A DNA stretch of 60,000 nucleotides from Botryllus schlosseri. Taxonomy: Eukaryota. The stretch lies in the NCBI GenBank assembly GCA_051294905.1, contig CM119372.1, positions 13,518,001-13,578,000 on the forward strand, in the 5' to 3' direction. A program made the translations under genes and the position numbers. This document shows positions 21,954-34,994 of the stretch, piece by piece; positions within the stretch are counted from its first letter, which is position 1; each line of letters starts with the position of its first letter. Under the pieces are notes generated by a model. The model made no database searches, was not told the origin of the DNA, and saw nothing but the letters and a program-made list of their open reading frames with translations.

Positions 21954-24900
21954 GTACGGCCTACGTGGCGGCATTCGTGGTGTGTTAGCTGCCCGTCTAA
22001 ACACGAATTATATTTTGCAGTAACCGTGTTTGTATCGAATGCTGCATTCGCTACGAGAGAGGAGGATATTCTGTTTCACGACATCTTTCGAGACTATAAA
22101 CCTTGGATTCGACCAGTTAAAAACTTCAACGATAGCGTTGTCATCGAATTCAAGCTCTTCATGTCACAATTGGTCAAAGTAGTAAGATGAATCGTATATG
22201 CGTTTTCTACCGGAATACGCTGTGGAGGACATTTAAAATCGTAGTAGAAGTCGGATTATTGCCGGTGTTTAAACTTCGAAGTTTCAGAGCATATTAAACT
22301 CGTTCCGAATTCCAGTAACTTAATTTCTCTCAGGCGGCTTCGCGCCACCCAGGCATCCCTGGCACCACCCTTGTGATGCTTTCACGCGACCAGTTTGAGA
22401 ATCACTTGCCTATACGATGTACAGAAGAGGCATGATCACACAACGAGCAGTAATAGAAAATAACATAAAAGCATCAAGCGATAAAAATTAGGTGGCAATA
22501 AGTGACGGAAGGCGAGGTCGATATATCATATCGTGGTTCGGTAATCTCGAGCGTATAATATGAAATGCATCCTAGCGATGAATGTAGAATGCCTATAATT
22601 ACCTCGAGTACAATTTTCAAGATTATATTATGTTACCTTGATACAGGCAGAACCAAAACAGCTGCGCCTCATCATCTCCCTTAAACGTTGGTCTTGGGCC
22701 CCATAAGCTGATAAGCCAAACTTTTGGAAGGGCTCTAGCGACGTACGTTTTGTGGGCGCAATTTGTCATGTAATCTAGTCAGCGTGTTGTTGTTGTTATT
22801 GTCTAGTCACGCCGGGAGCAATTTTTTTAATTCATCATTTAATTCGGTCAATAATATTGGATTGGTAATGGTAGCATAAAATTTTCTTCTTCTCTGAGCC
22901 CACGTGGTCGGATACCAATAGAGCTGACGTAGGCGGTGGCTTGATCTTAATTCGCGCAATTACTAATTATACATTTTAATGATGAATTACAATTTATCCA
23001 TTTATGCGGCTATGGACAATTAAAATTAGGCCATTTAGGCCAGCCATACATAGCCGCCTATGGACAACGGACAATTCCACATATATAAATATCGAAGGTT
23101 TCTGTAATCATGAGACGGTCCTTTTCGTCCAAGATTCCCCCATCCCCCTCCATCTTTTTCACAGCACACTTCGTGGAGTATAGCATGTTGGCCGAAACTA
23201 GATATGTCTTGGTGTGTCGTGGCGTGGACCCCCTTTGAGCTGCGGCCCGCTGTAATGGGGGAGAGGTGCGGCTGTTATGGCCCTGGATACAAGGGTTGCC
23301 TAAACGCTATTGTTGCTTCGTGTCAAAATTCGAAGTAGTCTAAAGACAACATCATTCTAGTGAGTAATTCAAACCTACTTGAATACTCCGAAAGAGTAGA
23401 AATCGCTGCGAGCGACAAGAATGCGTTATGGCGAAGCGCCTGGCTTGTTGATCGGTAGGTCGATGGTTCGGTACCCGGCCGGGTCAGGCCAAAGACCTGA
23501 CCAGTAACACTGGTATCCATGACTTCCCCGCTTGGCGATCATGCATTATTGGGATAGCATGGAGGGGTGGTGCAATACTGAGAAAGCCGTACAAGACGCT
23601 ATATCTGCACATTGTTTGTCCAGCGACATATGCACATCATGCACTCATGGTATGTATATGCACATATCGTGTGTATGTATAAGTATATCATGGGCAGGTG
23701 TATATGCCGCAAAAACACCAAAGACAAAAATATACGTCCTTTCCTCTACTCAAATCTACTTCAAGTGGAAGTAGATAACGACGAATTGAAAGCTCTGAAA
23801 AGTACTCTCCAGGAAATAGTTTCAGAAAAGTACATTTGATCAAGAGGTCGCATGCTTTTTGCAGTTAATCGGAGGTGGCCACTTTCAAAAGTGGATTGTG
23901 TAACTTCGTGACTATTTAGCGGATAATGACCTATGACGCTACAAATAGGTTCGATTTTTGAATATTTAGTTACCCGTATATACATGCATATCACAAAAAT
24001 ACTTGTCATAACTAGGGCAATTTTATCACATAAAGTTTGAATTGTACTACTTCTCTTCATTTCTGGTCGGAACTGTCCGTCCTTGCGAAGTGGCTTGGCC
24101 TGAAAAAACTTTTTGACTTAAACAATGACAAATTGTTACATGAAAAAATTTTATTCTAACGAAATATGGACCTATAAAGAATGCCAGTAGTTACATTACG
24201 CATTACTGCACAAATAGTTGAGTGACTTTGCATAACATCATGTCAACGTATTTGTTTCATTTGACCGATTATGATTCACAATGAGCAGACAATGTACCGT
24301 CTACAACGGTAGGCCTAAAAACTAGGCTACAAAGCTGTAAAATGTGAAATGATAAATTCACCGACACCGCAAACATGTGGGCCTACGATACCAACGAAAT
24401 GCAGGTTGCAAAAATTTTGACTTTGTAAACAATTTTGACAATTTTTGACCTAACGCTACAATTTTGACAAAATTTTAAGTTTTTCTGCAACGCCCTAGTC
24501 ATAACCATTCAAAATGGTTGCCGTCACTTTTGGCTCACCTCACATGCGGTATCGAATGTGACCATGGAACGGAAACACATGTTTACCAGAGATGAGCATG
24601 GATTAGGATTAGGTTTTGAAAAAACAGGATTTGTGAAATTTTGTCGGATTTGGATTGGATTTGGATTAGAGATTTTTTTCAGAACGGATTAGGATTTGGA
24701 TTGGATTTACCTATTTCTGGGAGATTGAAATGTCGTTTGGCGAATGGCGACAAACTTTATTCAGATCAGTTATTAATGTACTTATGGTTACTAGGTTATC
24801 TTGAATCAAGTGAATCGTTGGTTGTGAAAGAAAATTTTCGAATCCCTTCATTGCATAAATTAGTATTTTTTCTGAATTTCCACTTGGAATCGGATTAGGA

Positions 24901-27900
24901 TTGGACATGGACTTGAATATGAAAAAGTTATGGATTAGGATTTGGATTTGGATTTGAAGGTTCGGATTTGGATTGGATTAGGACATAGAAATTTCAAATC
25001 CGCTCATCTCTGATGTTTACCCATTGTTAGGTCACGCTTGACTACTTATAGTCGTTTTGGCCAGTCGTAGCAATTTACCGTATGTGAGATGCTATATAAC
25101 TAGGGTTACCTTATTTGGAGATCCAAAAAAGAGGACAATTATTAAACACTTTTAAAGCTGGAATACCAGAAAAGAATATGGTTAATTCAAAAAGTTTTTC
25201 AGTACCTGTGTTGATTACAAAAAAAAAAGGTCATCACTTTGCCCTGACCCCCGAATTACCCGCATTTTACATACGTGTGTGGTGTTGATTAAGAAATAAA
25301 AAGTGGTCATCAATGGTCAGCGGAGTTATTGCCGTCGAAAAATTTCGATTACCAATAAAATGGTATTTACGGTGACCAAAATCTTTAATTATTTATTATA
25401 GGTGTGCACACCGTAAATACTATTTCGTTCAAATCCAAATTTTTCGACGGCAATAACTCCGCTTCCATTTGTTGGAATTGAGCCAAATTTGGTGAACATC
25501 GTTTCCATAGACAACCTAACACTTTCATGGGGAGAACCGAAAATTTTGAAATTTTGGTTCATTTACTTTTATATAATAAATAGAAACTTTCTTTTCCCGT
25601 AGCAACGCGGCTACTGGCTGGAATTGAATCAAATTTGGTGTGTAGGCTTAAATTAGGTAACCTAACAATTTTATTAAGTAGCCAGTACAGTTTGAGAAAA
25701 AAGGTCTTTTTTGAAGACCCCTACTGCGCACACCTATATATACATAACTCGAATTCGTAGGCCTATATGTGACCCCGTGTTTTCTGCTCACTGAATTGTA
25801 ACGCTACGTTCAATTTGTGAAATGAGTTAGTGGCAAACGGCGGGAGAACGTACCAATTCAATTGAAAAATATTTACACTAATCTTGCTCTGTGGGCGCTG
25901 CTAAAATGTGGGACACCGCAACAATGATTTTGACCATAATATTTTCTAAATCATGTCGCAATGCTGCGCTATGATTTTTCCCTCACTATTTTGTATTGTT
26001 AGAATTCATCATGAATTTTTGAATGGAACGCAAGACGCAAAAATTGGCCAGTGAAATTCCACAGCAGATTACAATATAAAATAATATGAGTGTATAAAAT
26101 GGACTATTTTGTAGGACGAAGTTAACCAGATTATGATGACAAATTTATGGCTGAAGCAAAAATGGTATGACCACAAACTTCAGTGGGATCCGAAACTTTA
26201 TTCAGGTGTTGAACATATTCGGATCCCATCAAAGAAAATATGGACACCTGACATAGTGTTGTACAACACGTAAGAGCACGTGTACCTAATTGCGCGAATG
26301 CATCCGTTCTCCACAACTGCTTCTACTTTTATCAGGGCTGTCGGTAAATTTCAAGTCGGCCAAAGCACAAAAGCGTTACTTCGTTACACTGGCGATGTTG
26401 TATGGACACCACCCGCCATTTTCAAAAGTTCTTGCAGCATCGATGTCACCTACTTTCCATTTGATGACCAGGTATTGATGTAGGCCTATGTTTGATCTAC
26501 CACGGCATGAAAAGGGCAGTCTGGTCCGATTTCTGACTTCCAACGAAAGTACCAACGGATGGACATCGATAAAATGATGAAGAGCGAATAAAATGGCATA
26601 CGCATACTCATACGTATACGCAATTAGGTCACATTAACAATTTTATAGCAAACTTCGATGGAATGTTTGGTGATTTCCCACCAATTTACTTTCTATCTTG
26701 CGAGCCTCCTGGATAATTTCCTGAATACTTTTGCTAAATCTCCCGTCAATGATATTTATGAAACGAATAATAATAAGCATTGATGAGGCAATGCAATCAA
26801 ATCTGCCACCAACGAAAGTACACATATGTCGCCCAAACAGCTATTTCTGAAGTACAATATGACTAGCAACCAAGAAGAAGCATGCACCGTGTATGTTCCC
26901 TACTATCTGGACATTGCATCTTACATAACAAACGAAATATGCACTTGATTGCTATTCTAATCTGACGTTGAAGTTGATAGGTCGCTCATAGCTTTGTCGT
27001 GTAATGCGATTACAATCTAGAATTGCACGATGAAGTTTGGGTCATGGACATATGATAAGGCAAGGGTTGACATGCGGATTCAAGGGGAGGGCTTTGCTAA
27101 AAATGAGTATTGGGAAAGCGGAGAATGGACTGTGCTCAAAGTCCGTGGTCAAAGGTGAGTCGAAATTTGTTTACATTACAATTCTATTATTAGGAATTCC
27201 ATCGAAAAGCCTTCAAGAAGTCTGTCAATCAAATATAGGAATTAAAAAGAAGACAAATGATAACAAGAGGCACACTGAATGAGAAATACAGAAATATAGT
27301 AAATTAAGGTTACCATATTTTGGGAATCTGAAAAGAGGACACTTTTTAAAAATTTCCAAACTCACAGTATCGGAGTAAAATCCGAAAACATTGGTAAATT
27401 TATTGCGAATTTGTAGTTGGTTGACAAAAAATGGTCAACTTTTTGCCTCAACTCCCTAAAGACCCGTTGGAGTGTTACTTGAGTACTGATTTAATGTATC
27501 TCATTTTAATTTTATCATATATATTCAGCCATAATTTTCAAAAAAGAAGACAAATCCTCTTAAAAGAGGACGTATATATGGAATCCCTAACTAAAATGTG
27601 CAATTAATGAGAATGAAAGGACATGTTATTTTCGCGTGAGTTATAGACGAAGTCGACATACCAAACTTCTCAAAGCACAGGATATTGCTATTATATTATT
27701 ATATTCTTTATTCACTGTAAAACAATAACAATTGTTATTATTATTAATATTACGAAAGTAGCGCTTTCAGCCGATGACGTTTTTTTCGCGCCATGCTCGG
27801 GATAGATCGCAATAAAGCGACCAGAAAATGAATTTTATAGAAACAGTTCGCAGCCGAGCTCTCAATAACTGAGCTATCATTGTTCATGTGTTGGTATGTA

Positions 27901-30900
27901 ATTATACTTTGTTTTTCAGAAATGAAAGAAAGTACAATTGCTGTCCAGAAATTTATCCCGACATCACGTACTCTTTCGAAATTCGACGACTCCCTTTATT
28001 TTACACTATCAATCTCATCGTGCCGTGTTCCTTGATATCATTTCTCACGATCATGGTATTCCTCCTTCCGTGTGATAGCGGAGAAAAAATCACTCTAAGT
28101 ATATCAGTTCTTTTGTCGCTGACGGTGAGAATATACTTCTGATGGTGATGACGCAGGTAACATATAAGGAGCGTTCAAATTCCAGGTCTTCTTACTGGTT
28201 ATAACGGAGATAATTCCGTCTACGTCGCTCGTTGTGCCCCTTATCGGGAAATACCTTCTGTTTACGATGTTCTTCGTTACGCTCTCGATCGCCGCCACCG
28301 TCTACGTTTTGAATGTTCATCATCGATCACTTGATACTCATGTCATGTCGAGCTGTACCAGGAAAATTTTCTTGGAAATCTTGCCTAAGGTATAAGGTTG
28401 TTTATATGATATGATTTCAGCAAAACGATATATATCTTTGTCATATGTGCGTTAATAACGAAGATTCTGTGCATGCCCAAACCCCCGGTTTCTATCAAGA
28501 CGCATCTCGCGGATGTTGAAATGACCGCGGAATGTGTCTCAAGCTTGGATGAATATACTGATCCATATGAGGTACGCTATGACTTGAGATTCATGTATCC
28601 TATAGTATTGCGATGTACACAAAATTCAAAAGGAGTTAAAAACAAAGTAGAATTATATTTTCCGAGTAGCGAAATGGGTCGAATTACTGACTCGAGCTGT
28701 ATTTCAAATTCTACATACGATAACTTTAGTAACTTGTTACTTTTCTGTGATATTCAAACAGCGAACTAAACTATCAAGATGCCATTAATCATTATTTCAA
28801 GCATTGAAATTTATATATATATATATACAATGTATCAAAATAGAATTTGGATAATAGCAAACGAATATGTGTAGAGCATTACTTCGCGGAGATGTATCGT
28901 GTGATGATGAAAGGTGACAGAAGCTATTGAGTATCAAAATACTTCTACTGCTTTTACAAAATATCATCAATACATACTCCTGACCCAGGACCGAAACAGC
29001 ACTTCGTCAGACCCCCACAAAACGTTGGTCTTGGGCCCTCCATAGGGTTATAAACCAAACTTATAGGGGCTATCGCTACTTGTCAGCGATAGTTGGTGTA
29101 CCGTTTAGTTGTTCAGCTTATGTCGCCTATATGCGCCAAACGCGGAAATTTTCTATAATTCATGATTGAATCGATCAATGTGATCGGGAATTGCATATAT
29201 ATGGCTAATTTGCTATCAATTTTTTTAACCTCTGTTCCCGTAATCAGATTTACTGGTTGAGCTGAATAAGGTGTCTTGGAAAATGTAGGGCCCGTAAATA
29301 ATAATTGAACATATTCGGGCGGACCCGTTGCTATAATCACTTTATTACATGATGTTCTTTCGTCCCCTGTCTGCTATGTCAAAAGATATTGAAATCGCCC
29401 AAACGTACTAAACTAAATGACGCGCGCGATTTCAAATTGGTATTTCTTCACTGGCAAATATTTTTTCTGCGAAATGGCATTTGTCATTTGGGGTTCTGAT
29501 TGCTAGGACATGAAAATTTGGCGTCAGCCGTTTAGGCGCCAATAGACAATCAAACATATACGTATTATGTATAGCCTATATATCGAAGTTTTCGGTCAGC
29601 ATGAGGGCAGTTCTATTCGGCTGTTTTCTCGCAGACGATCGTTCTGGCCCACTCATCGGAGTGGCATCTTACATGGCCTAAAACTTCATATGTCTTGGTG
29701 CGTCCTGGAATTGTAATGGCTGACGCCGAAATCCCATTTCTATAAGTCATGCGTATTTTTTGGGGGGAGGGGTACCCAATAATCAAGACATTTGGCAACA
29801 CTAAATCGCGCCTAGCGCGAAAGAAAATGGAAGAAGTTGCATAAATTTTCAAAAAATACTTTATAATTTAGGTTAATTCAGAAAGTAATTTTGAGCCCCC
29901 TTCGAGCTCCCCCCCCCCAGTTGGGGGGTTTGGGGTGCGACAGTGACGGTCCGGCTCTGAGCATCTGTGTGCTTTAAAGCTGTACAAAGCTGTACCTGTA
30001 TACTTCCCAAGCGCCTCTTGTACAAAATCTGTATGAGTATAAGAAGAAAAAACATATGCTCATATCGCATTCCGTGTAAACGTGCTATATAAATGGTATG
30101 CCTATGAAGCCCAACAATCCAACATGTATATTGTATATCCTTATCATGCTAAGTCAATTTGTTGCAATTTCACAAATTATGCTACTTACGAGATCGTGCC
30201 GATGGATGCCTTTATATAGTTTCATCGTTAGGCCTACCGTTAGCGTGTTTCGCACATAATTTTATCAGAACCTCACCCACAATTCTCGATATGACAAGAA
30301 AGAGGATCTGTTCTCACAACTGAATGCGATGGGCTCCCCCAGTCCAGAAGAAAACTTTTCAACATTGTCTCGGAAATTATCCGCTGCTCTTCCGGGAGTG
30401 TCCTCTGTCGCACGGCAGCTACAAGAGAAAAATTTACATGATGAGGTAAAGTCGCATTTCCACCATTATGTATTAGAGACAAGCTGGGAATCACAGATAT
30501 TCTAAGATTTTATTTCCGCTATCATGTGGCCGCATCCACCTGCTGGCAATGTCACCTGAATTCGTCCGTAGTTTCTAGACAACATGTCAGTTAGTTCTAC
30601 AATTCAAGCCTAAATTTATTGTTATACTATCACAATACTCCATCGGTCTATCAACGTTAGCAAGGGATTGAAATGAGATCTCAAGAGTCGATTTGGTCGC
30701 AATGATAATTCTACGCACCCTAAGAAATTATTACTGAATTGACACAATATTTTATTATTATTTTATTGGCTTGTAGGAGGGATATTCGGCAACATCCGAC
30801 TGGTACCACTGGGGTTGCATCGTCTAACTCTAACACATCATGTTTAAATGCCATGTCAGTTGACAAAGATTATTTTCAAAAGTTGCATTATTCTGGCATA

Positions 30901-31401
30901 ATTGTATATTCGCCAGAAAATCGTGTAGTATGAACGTTCGCACGCACGACTTGCACCCAATACAGTCGACATATGCGATATGGCGTGCTGGAACCCTCGA
31001 AATCGAGCCCACGGGCAGAATAAAATTTATATTTTCGCAATCAGTACCGCGGTAGCTTTCGATTGATACCAATTTCATCAAATTTCGCGCTCGGCAAGTC
31101 GGTCAAAAATTATGGTTAAATTGCCTTCTGGCCAAATGGAAAGTGTGACGTAGACCAATCGCAGTGAGCCGTGAGATTTGCCTGTGTCTACCCCATATAG
31201 GGCACTATGGTAATACAAACATTGTCTTGTCAGTAGGCTGCCATGACTATATGTATATATAATCCGAACGATTTTTTCTTATAGGTTACCAAGGAATGGA
31301 AATACGTAGCAATGGTGATGGATCGAATGTTTTTAGTTATATTCATCAGCACATGCTTAACAGGGACGTTTATGCTTTTAATACACCCTATCCAAGATTG
31401 A
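21911..31401 (+). CDS. Neuronal-type nicotinic acetylcholine receptor alpha subunit (alpha3/alpha6-like), 10 coding exons, ~479 aa
   Basis: join(21911-21953,22021-22181,26115-26269,26336-26471,27021-27154,27920-28124,28186-28389,28464-28571,30269-30445,31285-31401). All introns GT-AG with consistent phases. Cys-loop [15 protein letters not shown], loop [10 protein letters not shown]2 [20 protein letters not shown]4 [10 protein letters not shown]. Confidence 0.93.
22021..22181 (+). CDS. nAChR alpha exon 2
   Basis: [20 protein letters not shown]...MSQLVKV|gtaag. Confidence 0.92.
22648..23285 (+). mobile_element. CAGGACC-family hAT-like element in nAChR intron 2
   Basis: Ends CAGAACCAAAACAG...GTTATGGCCCTG. 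TSD GATACAGG/GATACAAG. Confidence 0.75.
23415..23600 (+). mobile_element. tRNA-derived SINE
   Basis: tRNA-like head with B-box-like GGTTCGGTACC, followed by a body GGGTCAGGCCAAAGAC...CTTCCCCGCTTGGCG. No complete cloverleaf. Confidence 0.6.
24587..25012. mobile_element. CAGAGATGAGC hAT MITE with (GGATT)n repeats
   Basis: TIR CAGAGATGAGC / GCTCATCTCTG. Perfect TSD ATGTTTAC. Confidence 0.92.
25101..25320 (+). mobile_element. 5' fragment of a TAGGGTTACC-type MITE
   Basis: Starts TAGGGTTACCTTATTTGG...AAAAGAGGACA. No right end. Confidence 0.55.
25399..25736. mobile_element. TA-flanked MITE (Tc1/mariner-like)
   Basis: TA|TAGGTGTGCACA ... TGCGCACACCTA|TA. An inverted partial copy lies immediately upstream (~25320-25375). 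Confidence 0.55.
26115..26269 (+). CDS. nAChR alpha exon 3
   Basis: [17 protein letters not shown]...[10 protein letters not shown] (not in the ORF track). Confidence 0.95.
26336..26471 (+). CDS. nAChR alpha exon 4
   Basis: [45 protein letters not shown]. Confidence 0.95.
27021..27154 (+). CDS. nAChR alpha exon 5
   Basis: [17 protein letters not shown]...YWESGEW (loop B). Confidence 0.95.
27305..27589 (+). mobile_element. TAGGGTTACCATA-family MITE (degenerate)
   Basis: Homologous to the 47363 and 50744 copies. TSD eroded. Confidence 0.75.
27920..28124 (+). CDS. nAChR alpha exon 6 (loop C, M1, start of M2)
   Basis: [13 protein letters not shown]...[15 protein letters not shown]...[15 protein letters not shown]. 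Confidence 0.95.
28186..28389 (+). CDS. nAChR alpha exon 7 (M2, M3)
   Basis: [28 protein letters not shown]...VLNVHHRS...FLEILPK. Confidence 0.95.
28464..28571 (+). CDS. nAChR alpha exon 8 (cytoplasmic loop)
   Basis: ILCMPKP...YTDPYE, phase 0/0. Confidence 0.8.
28986..29954 (+). mobile_element. CAGGACC-family element in nAChR intron 8
   Basis: Ends CAGGACCGAAACAG...GTGACGGTCCGG. Homologous to the 2969, 22648 and 36126 copies. Confidence 0.75.
30269..30445 (+). CDS. nAChR alpha exon 9 (MA helix)
   Basis: Open frame, phase 0/0, ...[21 protein letters not shown]|gtaaag. Confidence 0.82.
31010..31210. mobile_element. Foldback-family arm fragment
   Basis: Homologous to 18660-18870 and to inverted 2055-2081 plus 4487-4665. 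Confidence 0.65.
31285..31401 (+). CDS. nAChR alpha exon 10 (M4, stop)
   Basis: [38 protein letters not shown]. Confidence 0.93.
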   Translation, partial: VTKEWKYVAMVMDRMFLVIFISTCLTGTFMLLIHPIQD

Positions 31402-31494
31402 TCTACGTAACCAAAGTCCAATTTCTTGAACGAGGTTTTCTGTCTACGATCCTGTCAATGTGACAAAGATATTCAGCAAGATCATAGACATAGG

Positions 31495-32582
31495 CTGGGG
31501 TCGGAAACCTTTTTCGACCGAAGAGCCATATTGACCCAATATTTCCAATTGTATATCCCAAAGAAGCATACATTTCAATCACCTGTTACGTCACAATTGA
31601 AAAGTACGTGACGTATTGGTAGCACTAATATATAAGATTTGTAGAGTGCGCCATATTTTGTGCCCACGTGCGTAGGTTCGGAGGTGGAGTCAAACAGGGT
31701 CACTACAGCAGTACATACCCACTGCAATGCCTCACATGACGTCAGGGATGAGCGAGGAAAAATTGTGAAACCTTCAATGATTATTGGTATTTTTTTGTCG
31801 ATGTTTATGAATGACCAGATTTTAAACATTTCTATTCCAAAAATATAGGAATTTTCATATTTATTGTTCGAAAATAAAGCACGAATAGAGAGTTAGGGCA
31901 CAGATGAGGCTAAGACGGGCCAAGCCTCACCCGTGATAGCGCAACTCATTGTGAATACCTTATAATTTATCATCATTGATATTATCCAAACGAAATTGTC
32001 GCGCTGATTCTGAAAATCTAAATATTGATTGACTTCTAAAGTATTCTGCGTCTCATAACGCTGCACACCTACATTTTACATCGGTTCTAGAAAGCTACTT
32101 ACGCTACCAATCAAGAACTTGGAAAGCTATGACGTTGTTATTAATTTGAATTTGTAATTGTTAATGTCTCTTTCAAGGAAGTTTATTCATGGGCGTAGAT
32201 CAGGAAGACAATGTATATTTGAAAACTGCATTGACCTACAAGCGTCGCCGTGTCAAGGTATCAATCAAGGCACCGTGCAATTCATTATTTCGAGGCGCGC
32301 GATGGCGGTTACATCGAATTCGCCAGTGGTGTTGGTCGCCGGCACGACAGCAACTTCAATTTGAGTAGGGTACGAACCCCTAACCCTGGTCACCCCACTG
32401 TCTTGACCCCTCGAAGACAAGTTCATGGTGCCACGAGAATAATTATTCCGGCTGTCATGAAGATTTACTAAGTTGCTGCAATATTGATAAATTAAGCACA
32501 AAATTTAATATTTTGGCAAAGAGCCACATCTTTACCCGAAAGAGCCATATAAGGCTCGCGAGCCATAGGTTCCCGACCACTG
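31495..32582. mobile_element. hAT (Charlie-like) element
   Basis: TIR CTGGGGTCGGAAACCT / AGGTTCCCGACCACTG with AGAGCCA subterminal motifs. TSD unclear. Confidence 0.7.
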
Positions 32583-32590
32583 CTATAGAT

Positions 32591-34994
32591 CAGACATGGG
32601 GTAATCGCGATTAGTAATCGTAATCGATTACGACGATTACAGCATTTTCAAGGAATCGTAATCGCAATCGATTACATTCGAAAAAAATCCAAAGTAATCG
32701 TAATCGTAATCGACTACTTCATATATCTAATCGATTTCTTTGTGAGAGATCGATTACTTTTTATTTGTACAATGAATATGACATAACCGAACATTCGTGA
32801 ACAAGGAAGAGATATTATTACAGGTTGTTGATAGCGCAAGTGGCTGATTTACAAACGCCACTGCTCATTATTACGTCAGAAGTAGGCTATTAGCTTTGCT
32901 CGTCCTTGCGTAAGAAGTATCCACACGTAGTAAATATATATTCGATGTACATTGTTTTGTGATTGTTAGAACAGTGTGAGCCATGCCGTATATCAAGTTA
33001 TCAATAAACACCAGACGCCACTATACCTCGCCGCAAGATCATAATCGAATCACCACTCTGCCTAGTTTCAAATAGTAACTCATGTATTGCTGTTTGGTTA
33101 TGCTTAGTTAAACGCAATTTGACCGTTTCTGCTTGGCGAGCAGTAGGCCTATCTATGTAGTATACGTATGTATTTTGTACGCACACCGGACAAAGATTTG
33201 AAATTTTATACTCGTCAAATAAAACATTACGATGGTTAAAATCAACAGCTGCTGATATATATCATAACCGAGACGTTCTTTGCCATTTCTCGTAACGGCA
33301 GCTTGCAGTATCTGTATTAAGTGGAAGGTAGAATTTTAAGTTCACTTTATTTTATTCTCATATGACTCTACTTGAAACGGGCGCCAATCGTTATTTCACA
33401 ATTCTTCACTCGACATTTATACCTGTCGCCATGGCCATCCAGTTATACACCATGTTAGCGTGGGTTGTAGGTACAATCAGGACCAAAACAGCAATTCGTC
33501 CTCAACTCCAAACGTTGGTATTGCTAGGGTTGTAACCTAGTCACAATGTCAATCTCACTTTTATAGTTTTGACTCGAGTCAAGTCAAGTCAAGTCATTTT
33601 CAATTCATCCCCGAGTCAAGTCCGAGTCCAGGTCCGCTAGCATAGGGTTGAGTCCGAGTCATAGTGTTTGACTCGAGTCCGAGTCCAAGTCGTTATGTTC
33701 ACAGATCAGTTTTCAGGTCAATCCGCTTTAACCCCCTTTTTCCAACTCTTCTTGAGTGATATAGAATGACTCGTATTCATAATATAGTAATCTTCATCAG
33801 TTATCACAGGTTACGGCCCTATTTCCAAGTATCAGAACTGATAGACGAAATACAAATAATGTGGTAACTTTACTATTCTTCGAAGTTACATGGAATGTCT
33901 GTCTTGGCCGTTCTAGTCTCGAGTCATGCAAAATGAATCGAGTACATGTCGAGTCAATACAAAAAATTTACGCATTTAAAAATATGACTTGAGTCAAGTC
34001 TAGTCACCGAAAAATTGCGACTCGAGTCATTACAACCCTGGGTATTGGGGCCTCATAGGGTGTAAGTTTTCAAGTTGATGACTTAATTTCGTCAATGATA
34101 TTGGTAATTGCATTATATTGCTATTCATTCAGATTTACCCGTAGAGCTGGGGCACCTAATTCATAACTATAGCATCTGGTATGTTGTTATAATTACTTTA
34201 TTGTATGTTGTTAATTCGTGAGCTCCCGTCTTTTATATAATAAAAAGATACTGTAGTCGCCCAAACGTAGCAGATTAAAAAAAAACTTTCGTGAGACGCA
34301 CACACAAATTCTTATGTATTCCCTCCTCTGTGGGTGGCATTTGCATTGTTGGGGCTCAGATTTGAAGGACCGGACTATTCGTCACGCCCACAGAACGCGG
34401 CCACTGACACCGAAATGCCTATTCCTATAAATTATGCATGCTTTGATGGGGAGAAGTATGCATTTCAAAATCAAGCTATTTAGAGACATTAAATCACGAA
34501 GCTCGAAGAAAATTTTCAATTTAATAAACTCTCTTGAAAATACTCTATAATAATTTATGTTGATTTACGAAATACTTTTGAGTCCCCTTGGAGCTCGCTT
34601 CCGGTCCTATTGGGGAGTTTGGGGTGTTGCAGTTACGGACCTGGCAAGAATGCAAATCGTTGGGTGCGACGAATAGTCCTGCATCGAGTTGGGCAATGGG
34701 TACATTATGACAAAACAAGCAAATGACGTATGATATGTAAAGAAAGTTGTTATCTCATTAGACCTTTTCATCGCAAGCCACATATTGTCTTCCAATATGT
34801 CTTCTGAAATTAGTGCTTCAAGAAGGAAAACAAATGTAATCGTGAGTAATCGTGATTACATTTGAAATGTAATCGTAATCGTAATCGACTACTTCCTGAT
34901 TTTGCTGTAATCGTAATCGTAATCGTAATCGTGGGATTCACAAGTAATCGTAATCGCAATCGATTACATTCATGAAGTAATCACCCCATGTCTG
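32591..34994 (+). mobile_element. 2.4-kb composite hAT element, copy 2
   Basis: Near-identical to 2082-4486, with its own perfect TSD CTATAGAT. Confidence 0.95.

Noticed and set aside
23415..23490. tRNA gene
   Set aside because: No complete cloverleaf, and it continues into a SINE-like body.
24600..24985. Interstitial telomeric repeat (GGATTA/GGATTT)
   Set aside because: Not TTAGGG arrays, and confined within a TIR/TSD-bounded MITE.
32591..34994. Assembly artefact or segmental duplication of 2082-4486
   Set aside because: Identity stops exactly at the TIRs and each copy has a different 8-bp TSD.
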